This document shows, piece after piece, positions 1 to 9,496 of a DNA stretch of 64,000 bases. The number at the start of each line of letters is the position of its first letter. The stretch's first letter is position 1. The translations under genes were made by a program, and so were the position numbers. Location: contig CAZWWE010000003.1 in assembly GCA_964637295.1 (NCBI GenBank), forward strand, positions 37,565 to 101,564, given 5' to 3'. Origin of the DNA: an uncultured Pseudomonadales bacterium (GTDB lineage Bacteria > Patescibacteriota > Microgenomatia > UBA1400 > PJMF01). The notes below the pieces were generated by a model. That model had not been told where the DNA came from, searched no databases, and saw only the letters and a program-made list of their open reading frames with translations.

Positions 1-258
1 GAGCTTTATGTCAAGAAAGATGGTGAAGATTTCAAGTTAAAAGCTACGGAAGAAAATGAATATCGTTTTGTTGGCAAACTAGAACTTGCCCGCGGTCGCT
101 ATGAGCTGTACGCCAAAGCTTATTCTCGAGAAGGCAAAACCAAAGAAAGCAGCAAAATTCGTATTGGTACTGGTGGCATGGCTTGGGACTATGTGGAGCC
201 AGTGTTAACCCCCACTCCCAGCGAACCCACTCCGACCGCCTCATCTAGTGCTAATTTA
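1..258 (+). CDS. 3' end of a hypothetical protein (C-terminal ~85 aa, Pro/Thr-rich tail); 5' end lies outside the window
   Basis: Open frame 1 from the window edge to TAG at 256-258, translating to ELYVKKDGEDFKLKATEENEYRF...TPTPSEPTPTASSSANL. Codon usage resembles neighbouring genes. The listed minus-strand ORF 44..244 is its antisense shadow. Confidence 0.4.
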
Positions 259-316
259 TAGAAGTTGTCGCAAGAAAATTTACAGCAATTTTTCAATTTT
301 GATCAGACAATTCTTG

Positions 317-1609
317 TTAAAAAAATAAATAAAATAAACTAAGTAGAGCCAGACCCACCGGTTGTGTCCATAGATAGTGATCCAAGCTCACTATTGCCAA
401 CAGCACCGTAGATTTGAGCAAAAAATGGGCTATTCGCGCCCTTCTAAGCAGATAAAACAGGCCAAAGAACAGATAAAGGCCTCCTTCACTCAGAATTAAT
501 AAAAGCAGCTGATGCGCTGGTTGCACAAAGCGCACGGTTTCTTTGGTAGTTGCAAACTGTTCTAGATAATAAGTGAATTGATTGAGGCCAACGCCAAAAA
601 TAGGCTTGCTTTGCCACATTCTCCAGGCTGCCTGATTTAGATTGGCACGTCGGCCAATTGAGTCAAATTGTTTTTTTTGGCTTGATCGTTCCAAAAATAA
701 AGGTAATAAAACAATCCAGCCAAGAAATAAACTAAATAGTAAAATTTTTTGACCCATTGAAGGGTTTCTGTCCGCTGAATTTTTGGAAAAAAAGTAAGTA
801 TAAAGCAAAAATAAAACTCCGCTTAATAAAGCACTTAGCGATTGAGTGATAAAAACAATACCAACCAGGTTAATGATCAAGGCAATTTTAAGCCAGCGCT
901 GCCAATGATTCTGTTTCAAAACTAAAATGCTCAAAATGACGATTAGACCAGCCAAAATATTGGGGTGAGCAGTGCTGCCATAGGGCAAAATTTTTTCTGC
1001 CCACCAAAATTGAGCTTTGCTAATATTGGCCAAATCAAGCAATCTGCTTTCGCCTAGAAAATGATATGCCAGCAAAGGTTGTTGCCAAATGAATTGATAA
1101 ATGGCTAAGCAACTTTGCACCATGATGACGCCTAAAAGGGTTAATAGGCCAAGTTTTTGGACTTTTGGTCTTTGCCAAAATGGATCCTGGCGCATCAGGT
1201 AGAAAAACAGCCACCACGCACAAAGATGAAGTAAAGCGTGCCAAGCCGCCAGAGGACGTGGGGTAAAAATTTGTACCGCAAATAAGCCGCTCAACCATAG
1301 GTAGACTCCAGGCGATTTTTTGAGTTTGGGCCAAAATCGCCATTCGATTAGTAAGAACAAAATTAAAAAAATATCTACTAAATAAAACTTAGGAATTAAA
1401 TAATCGATCAATAAACCGTCAAGATAAGCACCCTCTAGGGTAATTTTTTTAAATAAATTGAGACTAAAAGTGCTGAGAATCAGTATCAAGAGACTTAGTT
1501 TAGCGATTGGCCAAAACCAAAGTTTTCTAAATTTGTCCCACCAATTGTGCTTGAAATTCATTTTCTGCCATTCTAACAATTTTTTGCCTGATTGGCTCAA
1601 CGGTTTCAT
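317..1609 (-). CDS. Polytopic membrane protein, O-antigen ligase (WaaL/RfaL)-like
   Basis: 430 aa with about 10 or more hydrophobic helices and a large loop, resembling the O-antigen-ligase / oligosaccharide-repeat-unit polymerase fold. Its 5' end overlaps the pheT stop by ~80 nt, so the true start is probably the internal Met (MNFKHNWW...). Confidence 0.4.
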   Translation of the reverse strand: MKPLSQSGKKLLEWQKMNFKHNWWDKFRKLWFWPIAKLSLLILILSTFSLNLFKKITLEGAYLDGLLIDYLIPKFYLVDIFLILFLLIEWRFWPKLKKSPGVYLWLSGLFAVQIFTPRPLAAWHALLHLCAWWLFFYLMRQDPFWQRPKVQKLGLLTLLGVIMVQSCLAIYQFIWQQPLLAYHFLGESRLLDLANISKAQFWWAEKILPYGSTAHPNILAGLIVILSILVLKQNHWQRWLKIALIINLVGIVFITQSLSALLSGVLFLLYTYFFSKNSADRNPSMGQKILLFSLFLGWIVLLPLFLERSSQKKQFDSIGRRANLNQAAWRMWQSKPIFGVGLNQFTYYLEQFATTKETVRFVQPAHQLLLLILSEGGLYLFFGLFYLLRRARIAHFLLKSTVLLAIVSLDHYLWTQPVGLALLSLFYLFF

Positions 1610-3536
1610 TGCTCAAATTAGTAGTGGGATCTTGAAAGAGAAAATTGAAAGTAAAGTTATTTTGATAGATATCACTTAATTCAATTTTTTTAATACGTGG
1701 ATCTAGTTGACTCAGCGCATCCATGAAAGTGCCCACTGCCACGGTGTTTTGCAAGGTGAAGGTTAAACTTTCATTGATGGTGGCGGTTTTAATAATTTTT
1801 TGATAACGAGGATATTTTTTTGCCACTGCTAATAAACTAGCTAAATCAATTTCAAGAGCAACTAAGTCCTGATCTAAAATTACCAGATGCCCAATGAATT
1901 GGCGGCTGCGATCTTGCTTGACGATGATCAGCTCAGCCTCTTGCTTGGCTTGTGGCAGAGTGAGCTTGCGAGCTGGTTTTTCTTTGATGAGGAGTTTTTG
2001 TTGGTGATTAAAGATAAATAAGCGTTCGCAAAGGCTTAAAAAATCTCCTTTGACTTGGCGATAATTTTGTTTGGCTACTAAAGTGAGAGTTAGATTTTGT
2101 TCAGGTAAACCACTTGTTTGTGGATGATAAAGTTTGGCAATTTCAAACACGGCGAGTTGTTGGCGAGTTGGATTCTGTGCCAAAATTTCACACAAAGATG
2201 GGATTAAACTGCGTCGCAAATATTGATGTTCTTGAGTGAGTGGATTAGCCAGCTTGAGATGCTGTTCTAAATCATAGCCAGATGACACAGCTTGTTCGGC
2301 GCTGACTAGCGAATAACTATAAATTTCTTGCCAGCCTCGTGTGGCCAGAAAATGTTTAATCAGATTTTCCAAGTGATAATCAGTAGTAGGATCAGGGTTG
2401 ACGGCTAGTTCACCACTCATTAATTTACTGGGTAAATTGTGATAGCCATAAATTCTGGCTAATTCTTCGATCACGTCGGCGGGAATTTGCAGATCAGAAC
2501 GAAAAGTCGGCGGAGTAACCAGAATTCCATCATTTTTACTAATTACCTGGCAATCTAAATCGGTAAGAATGGTTTGAATTTCTTCCTTTGGCAGTTTGAT
2601 GCCCAGATAATTTTCAATGCTTTGGTATTTGACTTGGACTGGCAGAGCTAACTTGGGAGCAGGAAAATAATCATAAAGCTCTGAGGCAACTTGAGCTTGG
2701 CAAAGTTGACTAAATAATTGGACGCCGTACATCATCACTGCTTTGGCTAAATGAGGATCAACATTTTTTTCATTTAATTGGGCAGCCACAGTACGAATAG
2801 CATGACTCATTGAGGCATAACGTACTTTTTGAGCATCAAGAGATTCGATCCAAAATAAAATTGACTTTGTGTGCTGATCGACGCCCGTATTCAGCGTGCC
2901 CTTGATTGCTGGCAAATCAATGATTTCGCCATTTTCTGCTTCGAAAACAATTTCTCCGCCAAGAGTTTGATGAGTCGCACCGTCTAGAGTGACAAAGCTT
3001 TTACCTTTATTGGCTTCTTTGATGATAATTTTGCCACCCAAATTCATGATTTTGTCATAATCAAAAACGTGACAAGGATGTCCCAATTCGTGAGTGACAT
3101 AATTACTGATATCAATGAGAGCTTCATGAACATTGACGTCAATGGTTTGTAGTCTTTGTTTCATGAGCTCTGGACTATCCACATGTTGCACGTTGGTCAT
3201 CACTACGGCCAAAACACGATGTACAGCCTCAGTTTCATAAATAATTTCTGGCAAAGGCAAGTTCTTGTGGGGATGCTTTTTAATTTCAGGAAAATTAATG
3301 GCTTTGAGCTTAGCTGCAAAACCAGCTCTTTTCAGGATCGTAGCGGCTTCACGAGCGATGCCGCGTACCGACATGCAATCAACTCGATTAGTAGTTACCT
3401 CAAGGTCATAAACGTCATCATGGTAAATTCTTTCAACTGAAGGACCACTCAGAGAGAGATATTTTTGAATATCTGTTTTACTAGCCGTAGTTTGTAAGTG
3501 TTCACGTAGCCAAGAATCTGGAATTAAAATGTTCAT
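1527..3536 (-). CDS. pheT: Phenylalanine--tRNA ligase beta subunit (shortened, 669 aa)
   Basis: N-terminus MNILIPDSWLREHL matches the PheT consensus (M..S..WL.E). The gene lies immediately downstream of pheS with a 2-nt gap. It carries tRNA-binding and B3/B4 domain-like regions. Confidence 0.9.
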   Translation of the reverse strand: MNILIPDSWLREHLQTTASKTDIQKYLSLSGPSVERIYHDDVYDLEVTTNRVDCMSVRGIAREAATILKRAGFAAKLKAINFPEIKKHPHKNLPLPEIIYETEAVHRVLAVVMTNVQHVDSPELMKQRLQTIDVNVHEALIDISNYVTHELGHPCHVFDYDKIMNLGGKIIIKEANKGKSFVTLDGATHQTLGGEIVFEAENGEIIDLPAIKGTLNTGVDQHTKSILFWIESLDAQKVRYASMSHAIRTVAAQLNEKNVDPHLAKAVMMYGVQLFSQLCQAQVASELYDYFPAPKLALPVQVKYQSIENYLGIKLPKEEIQTILTDLDCQVISKNDGILVTPPTFRSDLQIPADVIEELARIYGYHNLPSKLMSGELAVNPDPTTDYHLENLIKHFLATRGWQEIYSYSLVSAEQAVSSGYDLEQHLKLANPLTQEHQYLRRSLIPSLCEILAQNPTRQQLAVFEIAKLYHPQTSGLPEQNLTLTLVAKQNYRQVKGDFLSLCERLFIFNHQQKLLIKEKPARKLTLPQAKQEAELIIVKQDRSRQFIGHLVILDQDLVALEIDLASLLAVAKKYPRYQKIIKTATINESLTFTLQNTVAVGTFMDALSQLDPRIKKIELSDIYQNNFTFNFLFQDPTTNLSNETVEPIRQKIVRMAENEFQAQLVGQI

Positions 3537-3538
3537 AC

Positions 3539-4582
3539 TTAAAATTGCTCCAAAAAGTCTAGATTACCTGAATAAAAAAGTCTAATGTCGTCAATGTTCA
3601 AATCTTTTTTCAAAGTATAAGTGCGCTCCACTCCCCAACCAAAAGCAAAGCCAGTGTATAAATCTGGATCAATGCCGCCAGATCGCAAGACATTGGGGTG
3701 CACCATGCCAGCGCCACCGACTTCGTGCCAGCCAGATTTACAAAAACGGCAATTTTCTCCCGATGATAGTTGACCAGTGCCGCCACAAATATGGCAACTA
3801 AAATCAACTTCAAAAGAAGGTTCAGTAAATTGAAAATGAAAAGGTCGAATGCGACTTTTGGTGCCCGGCCCATAAAAATTTTGGGCAAAATAATCCAGAG
3901 TGCCCTTGAGATGCTGAATGTTAATGCCCTGATCAATCACTAAGCCTTCAAATTGATGAAACATTTGAGTGTGAGTGGCGTCACTTTGGCGACGATAAGT
4001 GCGCGCCACATTGATCATGCGGATCGGCGGCTTGGCTTTAAGGCGCTCCATTTCGCGCACTTGTCCATTGGAAGTGTGAGTGGTCAGAACCATCTTGCCC
4101 AATTTTTTATCTGCTGGCGTGTCAATAAAAAAAGTTTCCCACTCATCGCGGGCTGGATGATCTTTAGGCATGTTGAGAGCCTCGAAAACATAATAGTCGA
4201 AATCAACCTCTGGATAACGAACGCGATTGAAACCAATTTTTTCAAAAATTTGACAAATTTCTTCAATAGCTTGAGAAATTGGGTGTAAATGACCAATTTT
4301 TGGTTTTAATCCAGGCAAAGTCAAGTCAATTCGGTCATTGTCGTTTGGTTGTTGAGCGAGCGTTGCAATTTTTTGTTCAATTTTTTGCTTTAATTGATTT
4401 AATTTTTGGCCAAAACGTTTTTTTTCATCATTGGGCACATCTTTGATCAAAGCGGCGAGTTGCTTAAAAGCACCATTTTTACCCAGATATTTGATGCGCA
4501 ATTTGGCTTGGTCAGTCTCGGTTTCTTGATTGATGGTTTGTGCCAGATCTTGGCAGAGTTGGAAAGGATCCGATTGGTTCAT
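3539..4582 (-). CDS. pheS: Phenylalanine--tRNA ligase alpha subunit
   Basis: Class II aaRS motifs are present, including FRPFHFQFTEPSFEVD (PheS motif 2/3 region) and GWGVERT, in the typical pheS-pheT order. Confidence 0.92.
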   Translation of the reverse strand: MNQSDPFQLCQDLAQTINQETETDQAKLRIKYLGKNGAFKQLAALIKDVPNDEKKRFGQKLNQLKQKIEQKIATLAQQPNDNDRIDLTLPGLKPKIGHLHPISQAIEEICQIFEKIGFNRVRYPEVDFDYYVFEALNMPKDHPARDEWETFFIDTPADKKLGKMVLTTHTSNGQVREMERLKAKPPIRMINVARTYRRQSDATHTQMFHQFEGLVIDQGINIQHLKGTLDYFAQNFYGPGTKSRIRPFHFQFTEPSFEVDFSCHICGGTGQLSSGENCRFCKSGWHEVGGAGMVHPNVLRSGGIDPDLYTGFAFGWGVERTYTLKKDLNIDDIRLFYSGNLDFLEQF

Positions 4583-4611
4583 ATTGATTTCATTTTTTGT
4601 TTATTATAACG

Positions 4612-4806
4612 CTATATCTTGTGAGATCCAAGATTGTCAAGATAACTCAGAACATATAATTCTGGCGAATTAGACTGCAACTTGGGATATTTTTGTAAAA
4701 TTTTTCCTAAAATTCCAGCGCGAGTTGAAAACTGAGGACTTTTTTCTGAGCAAAGATTTATTTTTTCTGCATTCATAGCTGTTTTTTTCATATTTTTTTC
4801 TTTCAA
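4612..4806 (-). CDS. Small hypothetical protein (64 aa)
   Basis: ORF lying between the rplT terminator and pheS, with no recognisable motif. It could be spurious. Confidence 0.2.
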   Translation of the reverse strand: MKEKNMKKTAMNAEKINLCSEKSPQFSTRAGILGKILQKYPKLQSNSPELYVLSYLDNLGSHKI

Positions 4807-4810
4807 AACT

Positions 4811-4848
4811 AAAAAACCCCGCTTTTTTGCGGGGTTTTTATTTTTTTA
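4811..4848 (-). terminator. Bidirectional rho-independent terminator downstream of infC-rpmI-rplT
   Basis: aaaaaaCCCCGCttttttGCGGGGtttttattttttt: a perfect 6-bp GC stem with a 6-nt loop, flanked by an A-run and a T-run so that it reads as a terminator on both strands. Confidence 0.7.
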
Positions 4849-4957
4849 ACTTAAATTTGCCGATCAACTACCCCGCTCTTTTTTTTAACAAAAAGCTTTG
4901 AAACATAATAGTAGTTTGTTGACGATCAAAACTTAACATGACTGTTTACTTATATAC

Positions 4958-5311
4958 TTATTTTTGAATTTTGGCAAGAATTTCTTTGAAAGTGTCAAAA
5001 TCTTTAACAGCGATTTCAGAGAGCATTTTGCGATTGAGAGCAATTTTAGCAGTTTTTAAACCCTTGATAAAACGAGAATAATTAAGTTTTTCGCTAACTT
5101 GCTTGACTGCGGCGGTAATACGCACAATCCATAATTTACGCATATCACGCTTACGTAGCTTACGACCAATATAGGCGTATTGGCCAGCATGCAATAAAGC
5201 CTCTTTAGCTCTTTTGTAAAGACGATTGTTGGTGCCACGAAAACCCTTAGTGAGGGTCAAAACTTTTTTGTGGCGGCGATGACGAATGGTACTGGTTTTA
5301 GTTCTGGACAT
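4958..5311 (-). CDS. rplT: 50S ribosomal protein L20
   Basis: MSRTKTSTIRHRRHKKVLTLTKGFRG... is the canonical L20 N-terminus, and the gene sits in the infC-rpmI-rplT operon order. Confidence 0.95.
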   Translation of the reverse strand: MSRTKTSTIRHRRHKKVLTLTKGFRGTNNRLYKRAKEALLHAGQYAYIGRKLRKRDMRKLWIVRITAAVKQVSEKLNYSRFIKGLKTAKIALNRKMLSEIAVKDFDTFKEILAKIQK

Positions 5312-5336
5312 AATAATCTTTCTTGCTTGAAAAAAA

Positions 5337-5540
5337 TTAAGCTAAACCTAGCATTTTCTTGATTTTTTTAGCGAAAGCACCGGTAATCTCTACTGGCACT
5401 CGATAATTTCTAATGGCTTTTTTGCTTTTATTTTTACGTAAATGGCGGCGATTTTGAATACGACGCATAATTTTACCAGTGCCAGTTACATGAAAGCGAC
5501 GAGCCACACCCTTTCTGGTTTTTACTTTAATTTTTTTCAT
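5337..5540 (-). CDS. rpmI: 50S ribosomal protein L35
   Basis: MKKIKVKTRKGVARRFHVTGTGKIMRR is the L35 signature. The gene lies between infC and rplT. Confidence 0.93.
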   Translation of the reverse strand: MKKIKVKTRKGVARRFHVTGTGKIMRRIQNRRHLRKNKSKKAIRNYRVPVEITGAFAKKIKKMLGLA

Positions 5541-5551
5541 AAACTTCTATC

Positions 5552-6103
5552 CTATTTTTTCTTGCCAATTGGGTCAAGTTGAGCTTGTAATTTTTTGCCA
5601 ATTAACTTGGGAGGCAAACTAATCTTGCCCACATCAGCATTGCTGCTAAAGATTTTTTCAAAAACTTCAAATCCCAGATCCTTGCGGACAATTTGTCTGC
5701 CTTTAAAAGTCAAGGTTAGTTTGACTTTATTACCTTTTTCCAAAAAATCTCTAACCTTGCGATTGCGAGCTTCAAAGTCGGCTTCACCCATAAAAGGAGT
5801 AAAACGCAGCTCTTTAAGTTCTTGAGTTTTAGATTTTTTGCGCGTATCAGCAGTTTTTTTCTTGAGCTGATACTTATATTTTGAAAGTTCAATAATCTTC
5901 ACCACTGGTGGCTCAGCTTTTTCAGTCACCAAGACTAAATCAATATCTTGTGACATGGCTTGTTCCAAAGCTTCATTGGAAGACATTTCTCCCAGTGATT
6001 CGCCATATTCATTGAGCACACGAACTTTTGGAAAACGAATCTGATGATTCGCCTTCACGTAAATCTGTTCACTCCTATTTTTGTTGTATTTTTTTCTAAT
6101 CAC
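5552..6103 (-). CDS. infC: Translation initiation factor IF-3
   Basis: INHQIRFPKVRVLNEYGESLGEMSSNEALEQAMSQDIDLVLV matches the IF-3 N-domain, followed by the C-domain. This is the first gene of the infC-rpmI-rplT operon. Confidence 0.9.
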   Translation of the reverse strand: MIRKKYNKNRSEQIYVKANHQIRFPKVRVLNEYGESLGEMSSNEALEQAMSQDIDLVLVTEKAEPPVVKIIELSKYKYQLKKKTADTRKKSKTQELKELRFTPFMGEADFEARNRKVRDFLEKGNKVKLTLTFKGRQIVRKDLGFEVFEKIFSSNADVGKISLPPKLIGKKLQAQLDPIGKKK

Positions 6104-6258
6104 GCAAGGTCGTTTATTATATACTATGGACTTGAATTTCGCACGAGACTTAATTCAAAGTGCGAAATTCAAATTTACTTCAAGTTATGAAGTTGAGGGA
6201 ATTATAACTGATGAAGGCTTGTGTAGCAAGAGAAGGGTGTAGTTTACGCTTAGTTCTC

Positions 6259-6287
6259 TTGTCGAATGTTTCTTCTTGATTTATAAT
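6259..6287 (+). promoter_or_regulatory. Candidate sigma70-type promoter for tRNA-Val
   Basis: TTGTCG at 6259-6264, a 17-nt spacer, and a perfect TATAAT at 6282-6287. The predicted start is ~10 nt upstream of the tRNA 5' end. Confidence 0.4.
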
Positions 6288-6303
6288 AGCTCGTTTGCGA
6301 AAC

Positions 6304-6377
6304 GAGCTTGTAGCTCAGTTGGTTAGAGCGCTTCGTTGACATCGAAGAGGTCAGAGATTCGAGTTCTCTCAAGCTCA
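6304..6377 (+). tRNA. tRNA-Val (anticodon GAC)
   Basis: Folded by hand into a cloverleaf. The acceptor GAGCTTG/CAAGCTC gives 7 Watson-Crick pairs. D arm is GCTC-AGTTGGTTA-GAGC. Anticodon stem CTTCG/CGAAG carries the loop TTGACAT. T arm is AGAGA-TTCGAGT-TCTCT, with discriminator A. CCA is not encoded. Confidence 0.85.
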
Positions 6378-6384
6378 CAAAAAT

Positions 6385-6407
6385 ATCCCCGAAACGGGGA
6401 TTTTTTT
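6385..6407 (+). terminator. Rho-independent terminator after tRNA-Val (also serves the convergent minus-strand gene)
   Basis: aTCCCCgaaacGGGGAttttttt forms a 5-6 bp GC stem followed by a T7 run. Confidence 0.65.
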
Positions 6408-6414
6408 GTAAGAC

Positions 6415-7059
6415 TTATCCTACGGCATTGGCTCCGAAATTTCTTTCGTTGTTCATGCCTTGATGCACGTCTTTAGTTTTTTTATAATTTAGACCGTATC
6501 TTTTTTTGCTCTTACTTTGCATTTGTTGTGCCCAACTTCTGGCGCTACTGACTTTTTGTCGCAATAATAAGATAAATTGACGCAATTGAAAAAAGAAATT
6601 GTGATAATAACTAGCTCCTTCACTGCCTGGAGCGACCACATCTTGAGCGACCGCAATTTCGACATCTTGATTTAAACCTTTAATGTCGGCAATCAATAGC
6701 TCCAGCTCTTTTCTCACTTGGTTAAGTTCTTCTTTACTCTTTTCTTCTTTGGCAGAAAAAATATCGTAAGTATTGACGGGATTGATTTGTTCATGCAGTT
6801 TACGACGCAGGGCGTCTTTTTTTTGTTTCAAGAGCCATTCTTCTTGTTGTCTCAAAATATTTTCACCAGAAAAAGCATCTTGATTTTGGCCAGAACTATT
6901 TAACAAGGCATTGGCAAAAGGATTGATTTCATCGGCTATTTTGGCGTTAGGAAATTGTTTGCTTTTTTGTTCATTTTCCACCAAAGAGTCTGCAAAATTA
7001 CCGAGTGGTTTTTGCGTAGCTACTTTGTTGTGACTACTGCCTTGTCCTAATGTTGCCAT
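6415..7059 (-). CDS. Hypothetical coiled-coil protein (214 aa)
   Basis: Long open frame with charged, heptad-like central region (EEWLLKQKKDALRRKLHEQ..., KEELNQVRKELELLIADIKGLNQ). No catalytic motif is visible. Confidence 0.45.
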   Translation of the reverse strand: MATLGQGSSHNKVATQKPLGNFADSLVENEQKSKQFPNAKIADEINPFANALLNSSGQNQDAFSGENILRQQEEWLLKQKKDALRRKLHEQINPVNTYDIFSAKEEKSKEELNQVRKELELLIADIKGLNQDVEIAVAQDVVAPGSEGASYYHNFFFQLRQFILLLRQKVSSARSWAQQMQSKSKKRYGLNYKKTKDVHQGMNNERNFGANAVG

Positions 7060-7143
7060 TTTGATATAGATAGACTGTTATTGACCGCATATTATAGGTT
7101 TTTGCGCTTGACAAGTCAATGGACTAGCATACTTATAGCAAAA

Positions 7144-8130
7144 TTAAAGCGTAAGTAAAAGATTCAAGGTCTTGTTTTGCAACAAGCTTGCCTTAATTTG
7201 ATTGAGGTAATTTTGATTTTTTTCTAAATCTTGACGAATTTTAAGATTAGTAATTTTCACTAATTCAGCTTTTACTTCTTCATCTGTAACGCTTAATTTT
7301 TCCGCTTGACTAATTGCTGCCAAGATAAAATCTAGCTGTAAGCGGCTCAAAACCGTCCCAGCTAGTTCTTGACTTAATTGTTCAATGCTAATTTGGCGTC
7401 TTTTTAAATAATCTTCAGTAGAGATTTTATATTGTTTTAGTTGTTCAACTAATCGCTCATATTCAGCTTGAGTTTCTTGTCGCAACAAGAGTTCGCCGAT
7501 GGCAGGAGCAAAATTGGTCACCAACTCCTTGAAAATGTGTTGTAAATTGATTTCTTTTTTTTCTTGTTCAGTTAGTTCTTGATGAGCTTTGGCATGGTCA
7601 TGATCTTTATCCTTGCTTTTGCACTCAGCCGCTTCTTTTTTAATCGCTTGATTACGTTCCTCAATAAATTTAAGAGCTTCAGTTTTGGCTTTTTTGGTGA
7701 CTTTTTGATAATCTCCTAGTTTTACCTCGGGAATTGGAGAAAAAAATGCTTCTAGAACCCAAGTTTTATTTTTTTCTAAACTAATCGGATTAAATTCAGG
7801 CGGAGTGATGGGTTTTTTGCCACTTTTTTTGATTTCTTTTTCGTAAGCTGCTGGCAATAATTCGCGTAAGACCTGGTCGATGATTTTTTCTAAACCTACT
7901 TTTTGTTCAACGATGGCCAATGGAGCTTTGCCCACACGAAAACCTTCGGCTTTGACGGTTTTGGCGAAGGCAGCGACGGTTTTTTTATAAACTGGTTCGA
8001 CAATTTTCCACTCAAGAGTGATTTTGATGGAATCATTGGGAGCAATCAGAGATTTTCCAGGAGCTTCTTTTTTTGCTGTTTTAGCTTCTTTTTTAGCGAT
8101 TTGATCGATCGATTTTGTGCTTTTAGACAT
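7144..8130 (-). CDS. tig: Trigger factor, truncated form (N-terminal ribosome-binding domain plus C-terminal domain, apparently lacking the PPIase domain)
   Basis: AEGFRVGKAPLAIVEQKVG contains the trigger-factor ribosome-binding signature (GFRxGxxP). At 328 aa it is well below the ~430 aa of the canonical protein. Confidence 0.65.
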   Translation of the reverse strand: MSKSTKSIDQIAKKEAKTAKKEAPGKSLIAPNDSIKITLEWKIVEPVYKKTVAAFAKTVKAEGFRVGKAPLAIVEQKVGLEKIIDQVLRELLPAAYEKEIKKSGKKPITPPEFNPISLEKNKTWVLEAFFSPIPEVKLGDYQKVTKKAKTEALKFIEERNQAIKKEAAECKSKDKDHDHAKAHQELTEQEKKEINLQHIFKELVTNFAPAIGELLLRQETQAEYERLVEQLKQYKISTEDYLKRRQISIEQLSQELAGTVLSRLQLDFILAAISQAEKLSVTDEEVKAELVKITNLKIRQDLEKNQNYLNQIKASLLQNKTLNLLLTL

Positions 8131-8305
8131 AGGAGTGGATTATAGCATGAAAAATTAACTCAAGAACCCTAGAGCTTTTTTAACTAATCTGTGCAATGCT
8201 GGATCGAGTCTATCTCTTGCTCATTCAATTTTTTTAAAGCTAAAAAATTTTAGCTCTTGTGATTCATTTATCCAAGATCATGATTTAAGTTCTAATTAAA
8301 CTTTT

Positions 8306-9355
8306 TTAGATTTTAAGCAACTGTTCCACCAATCTGCAAGTGTAACCCCACTCGTTATCGTACCAGGCGATCACTTTCACTAAATTACCATCGATGACTT
8401 GAGTCAATTCTGCATCTACGACCGCTGAATATTCACAGCCGATAAAATCACTAGAAACCAGTGGCTCGTTACTGACGGCAACAATGCCTCGATAGTCTTT
8501 TTGACTCGCTTCTCTGAAAATTTGATTAACTTCTTCAGCAGTAGTGTTATTTTTGGTCAAAAAAGTTAAATCGGAGAGTGAAACGGTGGGTACTGGGACT
8601 CGCAGAGCTAAACCATCGAACTTGCCTTTCAAGCTAGGAATAATGGCGGCACTAGCTTTGGCGGCGCCAGTGCTAGTCGGCACGATGTTGCTGGCGGCAT
8701 TTCTGGCCCGACGCAGGTCTTTTTTGTGCGAATTATCATGCAAATTTTGATCATCGGTGTAAGCGTGAATGGTGCTTAAAACTGCTTTTTCTACTCCCAG
8801 AGTGTCCTTCATGATCTTGACTAAGGGTGCAATGCAATTAGTGGTGCAGGAAGCGTTGGAAAAAATTTCTTTAGATTTGTCAAATTGATTGACTGAAATT
8901 ACACTAGTCGAAACCTCATTGTTTTTGTCAGCTTTAGCAGGAGCAGATAATAAAACTTTTTTGGCGCCAGCTGTTAAATGAGCCTTAGCCTTTTCTGGCT
9001 TATTAAATTGTCCAGTAGATTCTAGAACAATTTCGACCTCATATTTCTTCCAGGGAATTTTGGCAGGGTCTTTTTGGGCTGTGACAACAATTTTGTGTTC
9101 GCCAACTTCTAAGTAGCCAAGTTCTGGATTTTCATCGCTAATTTCTTCAATTGTTTGTGTTGCTTTAAAATTAATTTTGGGCCTAAAAGAACCATAAACG
9201 GTATCGTGTTTGAGCAAATGCACCCAAGCAGCAAGATTCATTGACCCAGAAGTGTTAATCGTTGTTAATGTTAGTTCTTGTTGGTGCTTTTCAAACCAGA
9301 CGCGAAAAGCCAAACGACCAATTCGGCCAAAGCCGTTAATAGCAAATTTTTTCAT
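8306..9355 (-). CDS. gap: Glyceraldehyde-3-phosphate dehydrogenase
   Basis: MKKFAINGFGRIGR gives the NAD-binding N-terminus and ASCTTNCIAPL the active-site Cys motif. I trimmed the start from the track ORF (9439) to Met-29 at 9355, which restores a canonical N-terminus. Confidence 0.92.
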   Translation of the reverse strand: MKKFAINGFGRIGRLAFRVWFEKHQQELTLTTINTSGSMNLAAWVHLLKHDTVYGSFRPKINFKATQTIEEISDENPELGYLEVGEHKIVVTAQKDPAKIPWKKYEVEIVLESTGQFNKPEKAKAHLTAGAKKVLLSAPAKADKNNEVSTSVISVNQFDKSKEIFSNASCTTNCIAPLVKIMKDTLGVEKAVLSTIHAYTDDQNLHDNSHKKDLRRARNAASNIVPTSTGAAKASAAIIPSLKGKFDGLALRVPVPTVSLSDLTFLTKNNTTAEEVNQIFREASQKDYRGIVAVSNEPLVSSDFIGCEYSAVVDAELTQVIDGNLVKVIAWYDNEWGYTCRLVEQLLKI

Positions 9356-9496
9356 AGTAAGATTAGTATGCCACAGAACTGTATTTTGCAACAAGTTTAA
9401 ATAGAAAAGGAAATTTAATTCGACGATGCATTTGATCACCTGAGGAAATATATTTACTCAAGTGATCACTGAGGAGGAGAATTGAATTTCCTTTTC

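Noticed and set aside
44-244. 66-aa minus-strand ORF at the window start
   Set aside because: It is antisense to a better-supported partial plus-strand CDS (1..258) that runs in from outside the window, so it is a likely shadow ORF.
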